A stretch of 64,000 nt of DNA from Actinomycetota bacterium (lineage in GTDB: Bacteria > Actinomycetota > Actinomycetes > Actinomycetales > Microbacteriaceae), in contig JBNJKM010000001.1 in assembly GCA_051751085.1 (NCBI GenBank), positions 135,314 through 199,313 on the forward strand. The letters are read 5' to 3'. The notes beneath the pieces are model-generated. The model had not been told where the DNA came from and did no database searches. It saw only the letters and a list, made by a program, of their open reading frames with translations. Below, piece by piece: positions 48,650-58,380 of this stretch; the stretch's first letter is position 1, and each line of letters begins with the position of its first letter. Position numbers and translations under genes: made by a program.

Positions 48650-50395
48650 ATGCAGGAGCACGGCGACAACCGGCTCGCGGACGCGACGAGCGACTACCTG
48701 AGACTGCACGCCGACAACCCGGTCGACTGGCGCGAATGGGGCGACGACGCCTTCGCCGAGGCGCGCGAGCGCGGCGTGCCCGTGTTCGCCTCGGTCGGCT
48801 ACGCCACCTGCCACTGGTGCCACGTCATGGCGCGCGAGTCGTTCGCCGATCCCGATGTCGGGGCGCTGCTGCGCGGTGGGTTCGTCGCGGTGAAGGTCGA
48901 CCGCGAGGAGCGGCCCGACGTCGACGCCGCGCTCATGGGGGCGGCCTCCGCCTTCACCCGCCAGCTCGGCTGGCCGCTCAGCGTCTTCCTCACGCCCGAT
49001 GGTCTGCCGTTCTACGCCGGCACCTACTTCCCGCCGGTGGCGACGCAGGGCATGCCGGGGTTCCGCGACGTGCTGGCGGCGATCGGTGACGCGTGGCGCG
49101 AGCAGCCGGATGCGGTGGCGGGCACGGCAGACCAGGTGCAGCAGGCGCTGCGGGACGCCGCGGTCGGCCCGGAGGGCGGCGCGCCCGACGCGGCCGCCGT
49201 GCGCGACGCGCTCGCGTCGGTCGTGCGCGCGGAGGACCCGGAGCACGGCGGGCTCGGCACCGGGCAGAAGTTCCCGCAGGCGCCGCTGCTGCTCGCCCTC
49301 GTCGACGTCGATCCGGAGCTCGCCCATCGGCTCCTCGACGCGGCAGCGGGCGACGACGCGGTGGTCGCCGCCGGCGGCTACTCGCACCTGCGCGGTCGCG
49401 ACGGCGGCTTCTTCCGGTACGCGACGCAGCGCGACTGGTCGGTGCCGCACTTCGAGCGCATGCTCGTCGACAACGCGCAGCTGCTGCACGTCGCGACGCT
49501 GCTGGGCCGCGAGACCGTCGCGCGCGGGCTCGTCGGCTTCCTCGCCGACGTGCTGCGGCTGCCGGGCGGCGCGTTCGCGATGGCGGAGGACGCCGAGTCG
49601 ACCGTCGACGGGCAGCGCGTCGAGGGCGGATGGCACCTCGCGCCTCCGGACGCCGACGTCGAGCGGCCGCCGCTCGACCGGCTCGTCGTCACCGCCGCCA
49701 ACGGACTCGCGATCGAGGCGCTCGCCCTGCGGGCGCTCCGCGACGGCGATGCGGCGGCGCTCGCACTCGCCCGCGGCGCGGCCGAGCACCTGCTCGAGCA
49801 CCACGCATCCGACCCTGCGGCGCTCGTCCACGCGAGCCTCGACGGCCGCCCGTCATCCGCGGCCGCGACCGCCACCGACGCCGGCTGCCTCGCGAGCGGG
49901 CTGCTCGCGCTCACGGCCGCCACCGGTGAGGCGCGCTGGGCGGTCGCCGCCCGCGCGATCCTCGAGGCGGCCCCCGATCCCGCCCGCACCTCGAGCGGCG
50001 GACCCGCGCTGCAGCTCGGGCCGGATGCCGACGGCGATGCCCCGTCGGGTCAGGCGGCGCTCGCGGGCGCGCTGCACACGCTCTTCTCGCTCACCGGCGA
50101 CGCCACCCATCTGGACCGCGCCGCCCGCGTGCTCGACGCGCGCCTCGCGATGCGCAACCCGATCGCGGGCCCGGCCATGCTGCGGGTCGCGGCCCTCATC
50201 GCCGAGCCGCCGCGCACGCTCGTCCTCATCGGCGACCCGCCTTCCGCGCTCCGCCGCGAGCATGGCGCCTTCGTCGCGAGCCCCGAGCAGGCGGCCGAGC
50301 TCGCCGCCGCCGGTTTCGCGCTGCTGGAGGGCAAGACGGCGCCCGCCGCCTACCGCTGCGAGGGCTTCGTCTGCGAGCTGCCGCAGCCGTACTGA
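48650..50395 (+). CDS. Thioredoxin-domain YyaL/SPATA20 (DUF255) protein
   Basis: NRL...TS.YL..HA.NPVDW, CHWCHVM..ESF, KVDREERPDVD, GWPLSVFLTP, PHFERML.DNAQL. Confidence 0.9.
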   Translation: MQEHGDNRLADATSDYLRLHADNPVDWREWGDDAFAEARERGVPVFASVGYATCHWCHVMARESFADPDVGALLRGGFVAVKVDREERPDVDAALMGAASAFTRQLGWPLSVFLTPDGLPFYAGTYFPPVATQGMPGFRDVLAAIGDAWREQPDAVAGTADQVQQALRDAAVGPEGGAPDAAAVRDALASVVRAEDPEHGGLGTGQKFPQAPLLLALVDVDPELAHRLLDAAAGDDAVVAAGGYSHLRGRDGGFFRYATQRDWSVPHFERMLVDNAQLLHVATLLGRETVARGLVGFLADVLRLPGGAFAMAEDAESTVDGQRVEGGWHLAPPDADVERPPLDRLVVTAANGLAIEALALRALRDGDAAALALARGAAEHLLEHHASDPAALVHASLDGRPSSAAATATDAGCLASGLLALTAATGEARWAVAARAILEAAPDPARTSSGGPALQLGPDADGDAPSGQAALAGALHTLFSLTGDATHLDRAARVLDARLAMRNPIAGPAMLRVAALIAEPPRTLVLIGDPPSALRREHGAFVASPEQAAELAAAGFALLEGKTAPAAYRCEGFVCELPQPY

Positions 50396-50440
50396 GTCGC
50401 GCGCGGCAGGACTGTCCGCGCTGTGGTGCAGGATCGTCCC

Positions 50441-50935
50441 ATGACGATCGAAGCGTCCGGCTCCGCGAGCACGTGGGCCGAGTTCCACCACTTCGCCCTC
50501 TCGCCGGACTGGGAGACGTTCGACTGGGACGGCAGCGCCCGGAACGGCGTGATCGAGCCGCTCCCGGGCGGTGGCGCCGTGGTGGTCACCGGAGTCGCGA
50601 TGGGGGAGGTGCCCTACGAGTGGGCATCGCACGCCGAGCGACCGACGGTCGAGGACGGCTGGGACGATGTCGTCGAGGTCGTGCTCGCCGTCGAGAGCGG
50701 CGACCTGCGCGTCGAGGGCTGGGGAGGGATGGGCGGGGAGTCCGAGAACCTCGCGTCCCGTGGTCCCGGGCGCTACGTCGTGCGCTGCAGCGCGCGGGAC
50801 CGCGACGCCCAGTGGGATCAGGTGTACGAGGCGCCGGGGGAGGCATTCCGCTTCGACGTCTGGCCGGCTGCTGAGGGCGACGAGGAGCAGGTGATCCGCT
50901 CGAGCGGCTTCGCAGAGCGCCACCGCAGCGCATGA
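50441..50935 (+). CDS. Acidic Trp-rich hypothetical protein
   Basis: GC3-rich ORF; WDDVVEV, GPGRYVVR.SAR.RD, FDVWPA; CAGGAT 6 nt upstream. Confidence 0.7.
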   Translation: MTIEASGSASTWAEFHHFALSPDWETFDWDGSARNGVIEPLPGGGAVVVTGVAMGEVPYEWASHAERPTVEDGWDDVVEVVLAVESGDLRVEGWGGMGGESENLASRGPGRYVVRCSARDRDAQWDQVYEAPGEAFRFDVWPAAEGDEEQVIRSSGFAERHRSA

Positions 50936-50950
50936 CCGCTCAGGGGCCTG

Positions 50951-52675
50951 TCAGGGCCAGGTCGGCGGCCAGAACCGCAGCCGCATGAGCTCGGGCGGCA
51001 GCGGGATGCCGTAGGCGACCGGCAGGTACCAGACGGCGACGACGATGCTCGTCACGACGAGGAGCGCGACGATCGACCACGCGGCCGCGCGCCACTCCAC
51101 GTCGTCCGCCGGCTCGCCACCGGCCGAGGCAGCGGTCGAGGGTGTGCCCGGGCCCGCGGCCGCGGGCAGCGGCGGGATCGCCGCCGCGACGTCCGCGTCG
51201 ATGGGCGGCACCGCATCCGCTCGCACGGCAGGCACCCGCGACCGCAGCCCGACGAGCTGCTGCAGCGCGAGGGCCAGCCCGATCACGAGGAACGGCAGGA
51301 AGACGATCGCGTAGAAGAAGAAGATCGTGCGGTCGGGGAACAGCAGCCACGGCCCGTAGCCGGCGGCGATCGCGACGAGCAGGAATCCCGCGCGGCGGTC
51401 GAGCGTGCGGCCGAAGTGGAAGAGCAGGAAGCCGAGCGCGAGCACCGCGGCGTACCAGACGAGCAGGTTGGGGAGCGCGGTGATCCACCAGGCGCCGTCT
51501 CCGACCGCCATCGTCTTGAAGCCGGTCGGGCGGCCGAGCCACAGCCACTCGATCGCGGGGGACTGGTAGGCGTGGTCGTTCGACAGCCCCACGTGGAAGC
51601 CCAGCTGCTGCGCGTGGTACGCCCACAGCGACTGGAGTCCGAGCGGCACCCAGGCGAGCAGCCCGCCCCAGCGCAGGTCGGCGCGCTCGAGCATGAGCTG
51701 CGAGCCCCAGCCGCCGTCGAACCAGCCGGCGAAGCTCGCGACGTAGACGACGAGGGCGGGCCCGACGAGCAGCACGAGGCTCGTCGGCGCCTGCGTGAGC
51801 AGGGTTCCGATCCACGGGTGCCGGTAGCCGGCGCGGCGCCGGTCGAGCGCATCGAGCGCCACGATCCACAGCCCGAAGAGCGCCAGGAACGCGGCGCCCG
51901 ACCACTTCGTCGCGCAGCCGGCGCCGAGCAGCACGCCCGCGACGAGGATCCACGGGCGGTTCCACATGGCGGCGCCGAAGCGTCGCGGCTTGTCGGCGAG
52001 CGCCCGCACGGTGCGCGCGGGGGAGCCCCGCCGATCGAGCAGCAGCGCCCCGGCGCCGGCGAGCACGAAGACCGCGAGGATCCCGTCGAGCAGCGCCGTG
52101 CGGCTCATCACGATCGCGAAGCCGTCGATCGCCAGCCAGAAGCCGGCGAGCGACGCGAACGCGACCGACCGCAGCACCCCGCGCGCGACCGCGTAGGTGA
52201 GGCCGACGAGCGCGATGCCCGCGAGCGCGCTCGGCAGCCGCCACCAGGAGGGGTCCGTCATGCCGAACACGGCCATCGCCATGCCGATGAGCCACTTGCC
52301 GAGCGGCGGGTGCACGACGTAGTCGGCGTCGGTCGAGAGCGCGCCCGGGTCGCCGGCCTCGAAGCGCTCGTTCGCCGTCTCACCCCACTCGCCCTCGTAG
52401 CCGAGCTGCCACATCGACCAGCCCTCCTTGACGTAGTACGTCTCGTCGAAGACGAGGAGGTGCGGATGCCCGAGGCCGACGAGCCGCGCGACGGCGGCGA
52501 GGCCGACGATGGCGACCGGCGCGGCGATCTCGATGCGGCGGCGGATGCGCGGCTCGGCCAGGCGGCGCTCGAGCGACCCGTACGCATCCGTGAGCCGCTC
52601 GAGGCGAGGCCGGGAGGTGGCCGCGGATGCTGTCCCGCCGTCGAGCGCGGGGTCGGCGTCGCGCTGCAGGGTCAC
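50951..52675 (-). CDS. pmt: Dolichyl-phosphate-mannose--protein mannosyltransferase (GT39)
   Basis: VFDETYY.KE, VVHPPLGKW, SRTALLDG, GCATKWSG, H.YQS, RTIFFFY; GAGAAT 7 nt before the GTG. Confidence 0.92.
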   Translation of the reverse strand: MTLQRDADPALDGGTASAATSRPRLERLTDAYGSLERRLAEPRIRRRIEIAAPVAIVGLAAVARLVGLGHPHLLVFDETYYVKEGWSMWQLGYEGEWGETANERFEAGDPGALSTDADYVVHPPLGKWLIGMAMAVFGMTDPSWWRLPSALAGIALVGLTYAVARGVLRSVAFASLAGFWLAIDGFAIVMSRTALLDGILAVFVLAGAGALLLDRRGSPARTVRALADKPRRFGAAMWNRPWILVAGVLLGAGCATKWSGAAFLALFGLWIVALDALDRRRAGYRHPWIGTLLTQAPTSLVLLVGPALVVYVASFAGWFDGGWGSQLMLERADLRWGGLLAWVPLGLQSLWAYHAQQLGFHVGLSNDHAYQSPAIEWLWLGRPTGFKTMAVGDGAWWITALPNLLVWYAAVLALGFLLFHFGRTLDRRAGFLLVAIAAGYGPWLLFPDRTIFFFYAIVFLPFLVIGLALALQQLVGLRSRVPAVRADAVPPIDADVAAAIPPLPAAAGPGTPSTAASAGGEPADDVEWRAAAWSIVALLVVTSIVVAVWYLPVAYGIPLPPELMRLRFWPPTWP

Positions 52676-52699
52676 GCGGGCGATTCTCGCACTCCCGGC

Positions 52700-52972
52700 T
52701 GATCGAGCGGGATCGCGCCGCGCCCCGCAGCCCGTGCTCCGGTGGTCGAGCCGCTCGGCGCAGCGCCGGTCGAGCCGCTCGGCGCCGCGCTGGTCGAGCC
52801 GCACGGCGCCGCGCTGCTCGAGCCGCACGGCGCCCCCAGGGCGCCGCGCGAGTCGAGACCAGAGCGGGCGGGTGGTCTCGACTCGGGCGGGGCGCGGGGC
52901 GCCCCGACCGGCTCGACCGGCGGGACCGGCTCGACCGGCTCGCCCGGCTCGCCCGGCTCGACCGGCGGGAGG
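52700..52972. repeat. Large REP family 1 cluster with slipped partial copies in the pmt/rsmI divergent promoter
   Basis: Repeated GGTCGAGCCGC(T/A)CGGCGC, ...GAGTCGAGACCA, an inverted TGGTCTCGACTCG, and CCGGCTCG(A/C)CC repeats. Confidence 0.85.
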
Positions 52973-52990
52973 AGCAATAGCCTGGATCGC

Positions 52991-53809
52991 GTGATCATCC
53001 TCGGCGCGACGCCCATCGGCAACCTGGGCGACGCGAGCGGCAGGCTCCGCGACGCGCTCGCGACCGCGCCCATCATCGCGGCCGAGGACACCCGCACGGC
53101 CAGGCAGCTCATCCGCGCGCTCGGCATCGAGGCGCAGCCGCAGCTCGTCGCCCTGCACGAGCACAACGAGGAGGCCGCGTCGCCCGCGCTCGTCGAGCGC
53201 GCCCGCGACCAGGACGTGCTCGTGCTCACCGACGCCGGCATGCCGACCGTGAGCGACCCCGGCTTCCGGCTCGTGCAGGCAGCGGTCGCCGCCGGCGTCG
53301 CCGTCACGTGCCTCCCCGGCCCGTCGGCCGTGCTGACGGCGCTGGCGCTCTCGGGCCTGCCGACCGACCGCTTCGCCTTCGACGGGTTCCTGCCGCGCAA
53401 GGCGGGGGAGCGCGATCGCATGCTCGCCTCGATCGCCCGCGAGGAGCGCACCGTCGTGCTGTTCGAGGCGCCCCACCGCATCGCCGACTCGCTCGCGGCG
53501 GTCGACCGCGCCATGCCCGGTCGGCGCATCGCGGTGTGCCGCGAGCTGACGAAGCGGTTCGAGGAGGTGCGCCGCGGCACGGCGGCCGAGCTCGTGCCGT
53601 GGGCGAGAGAGGGCGTGAAGGGCGAGATCGTCATCGTCATCGAGGGCGCGGTCCCCGTGCTCGCCGACCTGGATGCCGCGGTCGAGCAGGTGCTGCGGCT
53701 GAAGGCGGGCGGGATGCGGCTGAAGGACGCCGCCGCGGAGGTCGCCGAGGCGACCGGGCACCCGCGCAACGCGCTGTACCAGGCCGCGCTCGCGAAGCCC
53801 GCGCCGTAG
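52991..53809 (+). CDS. rsmI: 16S rRNA (cytidine1402-2'-O)-methyltransferase
   Basis: ATPIGNL.DAS, AAEDTR, TDAGMP.VSDPG, PGPSA, FEAPHR, CRELTK; TAGCCT 7 nt before the GTG. Confidence 0.95.
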   Translation: MIILGATPIGNLGDASGRLRDALATAPIIAAEDTRTARQLIRALGIEAQPQLVALHEHNEEAASPALVERARDQDVLVLTDAGMPTVSDPGFRLVQAAVAAGVAVTCLPGPSAVLTALALSGLPTDRFAFDGFLPRKAGERDRMLASIAREERTVVLFEAPHRIADSLAAVDRAMPGRRIAVCRELTKRFEEVRRGTAAELVPWAREGVKGEIVIVIEGAVPVLADLDAAVEQVLRLKAGGMRLKDAAAEVAEATGHPRNALYQAALAKPAP

Positions 53810-53815
53810 CGGGCT

Positions 53816-53916
53816 GGTCTCGACACGGTCAGCGCGCTGCGCGCGCGGACCGGCTCGACCGGCGAAGGGGGGCTGACCCCGGGCGTGACGCGCGGACCGG
53901 CTCGACCGGCGAAGGA
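53816..53916. repeat. REP family 1 element plus duplicated 3' half
   Basis: TGGTCTCGACACGG...GCGCGGACCGGCTCGACCGGCGAAGG, with the 3' half occurring twice. Confidence 0.8.
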
Positions 53917-53979
53917 GGGGCGACGACCACTGGCGTCACACGCCGAGCGGCCAGCGCCCGCGCACCTAGACTGGAGCCC

Positions 53980-55530
53980 ATGCCCGAGCGCTTCACCGTC
54001 ACGACGCCGATCTACTACGTCAACGACGTGCCGCACATCGGGCACGCCTACAACGAGGTGGCCACCGACGTGCTCGCGCGCTGGCACCGGATGCGCGGCG
54101 ACGCCACGTGGATGCTCACCGGCACCGACGAGCACGGGCAGAAGATCATGCGCACCGCCGCGGCGAACGGCGTGAGCCCGCAGGAGTGGACCGACCGGTT
54201 GGTCGAGACCGCCTGGATCCCGCAGCTCGAGCTGCTGAACATCGCGAACGACGACTTCATCCGCACGACCGACGAGCGCCACAAGGTGGGCGTGCGCATC
54301 TTCCTCGAGCGGCTCAGGGAGGCCGGGTACATCTACCACGGCGAGTTCGAGGGCCAGTACTGCGTCGGCTGCGAGGAGTACAAGACGCCGAACGACCTCG
54401 TGCCGGGAACGGGCGAGTTCGAGGGCCAGCTCGTGTGCGCCATCCACTCCCGCCCGATCGAGACGGTGCGCGAGGCGAACTACTTCTTCAAGCTGTCGGA
54501 GTTCGGCGACCGGCTGCTCGCGCTCTACGACGAGCGCCCCGACTACGTGCAGCCCGAGCACGTGCGCAACGAGGTGCGGCAGTTCGTGAAGCAGGGCCTC
54601 AACGACCTGTCGATCAGCCGCAACACCTTCGACTGGGGCATCAAGGTCCCGTGGGACGAGACGCACGTCGTCTACGTCTGGTTCGAGGCGCTCCTCAACT
54701 ACATCACCGCCAACGGCTACGGCGTCGACGACGAGCAGTTCGAGCGCCGCTGGCCCGCGACCCACATCGTCGGCAAGGACATCGCGCGCTTCCACGCGGT
54801 CATCTGGCCCGCGATGCAGATGGCGGCCGGCCTCGAGATCTCCGACCACGTCTTCGGACACGGCTGGCTGCTCGTCGGCGGCGAGAAGATGTCGAAGTCG
54901 AAGGCGACCGGCATCGAGCCGCGTCAGATCACCGAGGTGTTCGGCGTCGACGCCTTCCGCTACTACTTCATGTCGGCGATCGCGTTCGGCTCCGACGGCT
55001 CGTTCTCGTGGGAGGACCTCGACGCCCGCTACCACTCCGAGCTCGCCAACGGGCTCGGCAACCTCGCGAGCCGGGTCATCGCGATGGTGCACAAGTACTG
55101 CGACGGCGTCGTGCCGGCGGTGGATGCGGACGACGACATCCGAGCGCTCGTCGCGGATGCCGTGGGCCGCGCCGACCGCGCGATCGACCGGTTCGCGATC
55201 GACGAGGCCGTCGACGCGGCGATGTCGATCGTCGAGCGGCTGAACGGCTACATCACCGAGCAGGCGCCGTGGGTGCTCGCGAAGGACGAGGCGCAGCGCG
55301 ACCGGCTCGCGGCGGTGCTCGCCTCGAACGTGCACGGCATCGGCGCGGCGGCCATCCTGCTCGCGCCGATCATGCCCGAGTCGTCGCAGAAGCTGTGGTC
55401 GGCCGTCGGCGGCGAGGGCGACGTGCTCGCCCAGCCGATCCGCGAGGCCCACGCGTGGCAGGGCACGGGCCGCGTCTCGACCGTGCCGCCGCTGTTCCCG
55501 CGCATCGAGCAGGCGCAGCCCGCGGCCTGA
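53980..55530 (+). CDS. metG: Methionine--tRNA ligase
   Basis: HIGH, GTDEHGQK, CVGC/CAIH knuckle, YVWFEAL.NY, KMSKS. Confidence 0.97.
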   Translation: MPERFTVTTPIYYVNDVPHIGHAYNEVATDVLARWHRMRGDATWMLTGTDEHGQKIMRTAAANGVSPQEWTDRLVETAWIPQLELLNIANDDFIRTTDERHKVGVRIFLERLREAGYIYHGEFEGQYCVGCEEYKTPNDLVPGTGEFEGQLVCAIHSRPIETVREANYFFKLSEFGDRLLALYDERPDYVQPEHVRNEVRQFVKQGLNDLSISRNTFDWGIKVPWDETHVVYVWFEALLNYITANGYGVDDEQFERRWPATHIVGKDIARFHAVIWPAMQMAAGLEISDHVFGHGWLLVGGEKMSKSKATGIEPRQITEVFGVDAFRYYFMSAIAFGSDGSFSWEDLDARYHSELANGLGNLASRVIAMVHKYCDGVVPAVDADDDIRALVADAVGRADRAIDRFAIDEAVDAAMSIVERLNGYITEQAPWVLAKDEAQRDRLAAVLASNVHGIGAAAILLAPIMPESSQKLWSAVGGEGDVLAQPIREAHAWQGTGRVSTVPPLFPRIEQAQPAA

Positions 55531-55539
55531 CGCTCTCGT

Positions 55540-55617
55540 TCGTCTCGAGACGCGGCGCCTGCGGCGCTGCTCCTCGACGAGCGGGTGGGCGGAGCCGGCC
55601 GCGTATCGAGATCGCGT
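55540..55617. repeat. REP family 1 pair
   Basis: TCGTCTCGAGACGCGG...CTCCTCGACGAGCG followed by CGTATCGAGATC. Confidence 0.75.
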
Positions 55618-55629
55618 AGTCTCACCGCC

Positions 55630-56097
55630 ATGAGCGAGACCACCCACGAGCGCGTCAGCGACCAGTCGATCGTGCACCGACGCGAGTTCGATGCATCGGC
55701 GTCAGCCGTGCAGCGCGCCCACACCACGGCCGAGCTCTTCGCGCAGTGGATGGGGCCGCGCGGCTCCCGGCTGCGCATCGAGCACTTCGAGGCGCGCACC
55801 GGTGGCCGCTTCGACTACACCGTCGAGGCGGGCGGCGACTGGCGCTTCTGGGGCTCGTACCACGAGGTCGTCGAGGGACGCATCGTGCACACGTGGGAGT
55901 TCCAGGCGCAGCCCGGCCGGCCGACGCTCGAGGTGCTCGAGTTCCGCGACCTGCCCGACGGCGGCAGCGCGCTCGAGATCACCTCGACCTACGCCTCGAA
56001 GGCCGACTGCGACGCGATGGTCGCCTCCGGGATCGACGGCGGCATGGACGAGGACTTCGAGCGGCTCGACGAGGCCCTCGCGCGCCTCGCGCACTGA
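55630..56097 (+). CDS. SRPBCC/AHSA1 domain protein
   Basis: RREFDA, QWMGP, F.G.Y.EV, T.EF, GMDE.FERLDE. Confidence 0.85.
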   Translation: MSETTHERVSDQSIVHRREFDASASAVQRAHTTAELFAQWMGPRGSRLRIEHFEARTGGRFDYTVEAGGDWRFWGSYHEVVEGRIVHTWEFQAQPGRPTLEVLEFRDLPDGGSALEITSTYASKADCDAMVASGIDGGMDEDFERLDEALARLAH

Positions 56098-56116
56098 CCG
56101 CCCCGACGAGGCGCCG

Positions 56117-56713
56117 CTACGCCGACGGCAGCGTGAGGGTGAACTCGTGCTCGAGCCCGACGACCGCGAGATGCAGGTCGGCGCTCGTGTCGACGCCATC
56201 CGGCACCGGGATCGCATAGGTGCGGGCGGCGTTGGGGGCGCCGCACGGCTGGGGCAGCTCGACGTGCACGACGATCAGGGTCGGCGACTCCACGACCGGC
56301 TCCGCGGCGAACGGCCAGCAGTCGCTCGTCGCCGGCAGCGAGAGCGCGATCAGCACGGGCTGCTCGATCCAGGTGGCGACCGCGCCGAGCCGCAGCACGT
56401 CGTCGATCGACGCGCCGCTCAGCTGCGGGAGCCCGGGCACGCCGGGATCGCCCTGCGCCGCGGCGTCCGTCGCGCTGGAGTCCTCCGGCTGCCCGCTGCC
56501 CGACTCGGTCGCGCTCGCGGTCGGCTCGGCGTCGCTCGGCTCGGTCTCGCTCGGCGCGGTCGCGCTCGCATCAGGCGCGGGCGAGGTGCCCGTCTGCGTC
56601 GCCGAGGCCCCCGGACGTGCGGGCGCCGTGCTGCTCGCGTCGTCGACAGATGCGCACGCAGACAGCGTGAGCACAGCCGCGACGGCGACGGGCAGGGCGA
56701 GGGATCGAAGCAT
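56117..56713 (-). CDS. Lipoprotein, two-Cys paralogue family B, member 1
   Basis: LSAC lipobox, Ser/Thr/Pro linker, W....SDCWP...CGAP...TY.IPVP. Confidence 0.75.
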   Translation of the reverse strand: MLRSLALPVAVAAVLTLSACASVDDASSTAPARPGASATQTGTSPAPDASATAPSETEPSDAEPTASATESGSGQPEDSSATDAAAQGDPGVPGLPQLSGASIDDVLRLGAVATWIEQPVLIALSLPATSDCWPFAAEPVVESPTLIVVHVELPQPCGAPNAARTYAIPVPDGVDTSADLHLAVVGLEHEFTLTLPSA

Positions 56714-56827
56714 GCCGGGAGGACCTCCAACAGGTGTCGCTGCCGGTCATGGTGGCATCGACCCCAATGCGCAACCTGGGCGGTGACTCAGGATCCGCCG
56801 CGCGGCCGCGCTCGTAGGCTGGGCGGC

Positions 56828-57781
56828 ATGCCTGCGAGCCCCGACGGAACCGTGCCCATCCCTGACGTCGCCAGCCGCCTCGGCGAGGCCCCGCGCGGGA
56901 CGACGCTGCCGGGCGGCGAGTACATCCGCGAGCGGTTCGACGACGGCAAGCGCGACACGACGAGGCCGCCCGAGCCAGAGCCGCTCGGCGTGCCGATCTA
57001 CGACAACCACACGCACCTCGAGATCAAGGACGGCGAGGACTTCCCCTACTGGGCGGCGCTCGACGCGGCCGAGCGGGCGGGGGTCGTCGGCGTCATCCAG
57101 GTCGGCGGCGACGTCGAGTCGTCGGAGTGGTCGGCCTCGCTCGCGGCGCAGGATCGACGGGTGCTCGCGGCCGTCGCGCTCCACCCCAACGAGGCGCCCG
57201 GCTACGCCGACGCGGGCACGCTCCCCGACGCCCTCGCGACCATCGACGCGCTCGCCGCGCAGCCGCGCGTGCGCGCGATCGGCGAGACGGGGCTCGACTT
57301 CTTCCGCACCGGAGACGAAGGGCGGCACGCGCAGTTCGAGTCGTTCGAGGCGCACATCGAGATCGCGAAGCGGCACCGTCTCGCGCTGCAGATCCACGAC
57401 CGGGATGCGCACGACGCGGTGGTCGAGACGCTCCTGCGGGTGGGCGCGCCCGAGACGACCGTCTTCCACTGCTTCTCCGGCGACGAGCACCTCGCCCGCG
57501 TCGCGGCGGAGCACGGCTGGTACCTCTCGTTCGCCGGCACCGTCACCTTCTCGAACGCCCGCAACCTGCACGCGGCGCTCGCGGTCGCCGACCGCAGCCG
57601 CATCCTCGTCGAGACGGATGCGCCGTTCCTCACGCCCGCGCCGCACCGCGGTCGCCCGAACAGCCCGTACCTGACGCCGGTCACCGTGCGCGCCATGGCG
57701 GAGCGGCTCGGCGTCGACGCCGACGAGCTCGCGGCCGAGACGGCCGAGAACACGCTGCGCGCCTACGGCAGCTGGGACTGA
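56828..57781 (+). CDS. tatD: TatD family hydrolase
   Basis: DNHTHL, ALHPNE, IGETGLD, IHDR.AH, FHCFSG, LVETDAPFL.P. Confidence 0.94.
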   Translation: MPASPDGTVPIPDVASRLGEAPRGTTLPGGEYIRERFDDGKRDTTRPPEPEPLGVPIYDNHTHLEIKDGEDFPYWAALDAAERAGVVGVIQVGGDVESSEWSASLAAQDRRVLAAVALHPNEAPGYADAGTLPDALATIDALAAQPRVRAIGETGLDFFRTGDEGRHAQFESFEAHIEIAKRHRLALQIHDRDAHDAVVETLLRVGAPETTVFHCFSGDEHLARVAAEHGWYLSFAGTVTFSNARNLHAALAVADRSRILVETDAPFLTPAPHRGRPNSPYLTPVTVRAMAERLGVDADELAAETAENTLRAYGSWD

Positions 57782-57790
57782 GCTCGAGCC

Positions 57791-58357
57791 TCAGCCCGCC
57801 GGCTCGATGTCGACGGTCACGCCGTCGCCGTCGGCGAGCCCGTCGATCCGCGCCGTCATGATGGCGGCGCTGCCCTCGGTCGGCAGCGTGAACTCCCAGC
57901 CGAAGACCGCGAGGTCGGCCGGGCAGTCGCCCTCGCCCTCCGGCTCGTCGAAGTCGATCTCGAGCCGGTCGCCCTCGATCTCGACGTCGTCACCGGTGGG
58001 CTGGCACTCCGGGCTGCTGCTGCCGGCGGAGAAGACGCGCACGGTCGAGAAGCCGTCGCCCCACACGACGACCGGCGCGGTCGACACGGTCACGGGGTCC
58101 CACGCATCCAGCTGGGCGGCATCGGCGATCCGAGTCGCGCGGTCGTCGTCGTCCTGGGTGGCGGATGCGCTCGGCTCGGCCGACGTCGAGGGCGACGGCG
58201 AGGTCGACTCCTCAGGGGACGCGGACGAACCGGGTTCCGCCGGGCTCATGCTCGGCGCCGGATCGGGCGTGATCGAGGGCGTGCTCGACGCGCAGCCCGC
58301 CAGGGCTGCGACGCCGATGGCGGCGATGGTGATCGTCAGGGGCTGGATGCGGCGCAC
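57791..58357 (-). CDS. Lipoprotein, family B, member 2
   Basis: LAGC lipobox, W...GSSSPECQP...CPADL...WEFTLP; GAGGAG before the GTG. Confidence 0.78.
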   Translation of the reverse strand: MRRIQPLTITIAAIGVAALAGCASSTPSITPDPAPSMSPAEPGSSASPEESTSPSPSTSAEPSASATQDDDDRATRIADAAQLDAWDPVTVSTAPVVVWGDGFSTVRVFSAGSSSPECQPTGDDVEIEGDRLEIDFDEPEGEGDCPADLAVFGWEFTLPTEGSAAIMTARIDGLADGDGVTVDIEPAG

Positions 58358-58380
58358 GGGGCGCTCCTCTCGGGGCAGGA

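Noticed and set aside
52742-52990. N-terminal extension of RsmI (MVEPLGAAPVEP...)
   Set aside because: Derived from REP repeats; a TAGCCT -10 element 7 nt before GTG 52991 supports a leaderless start there
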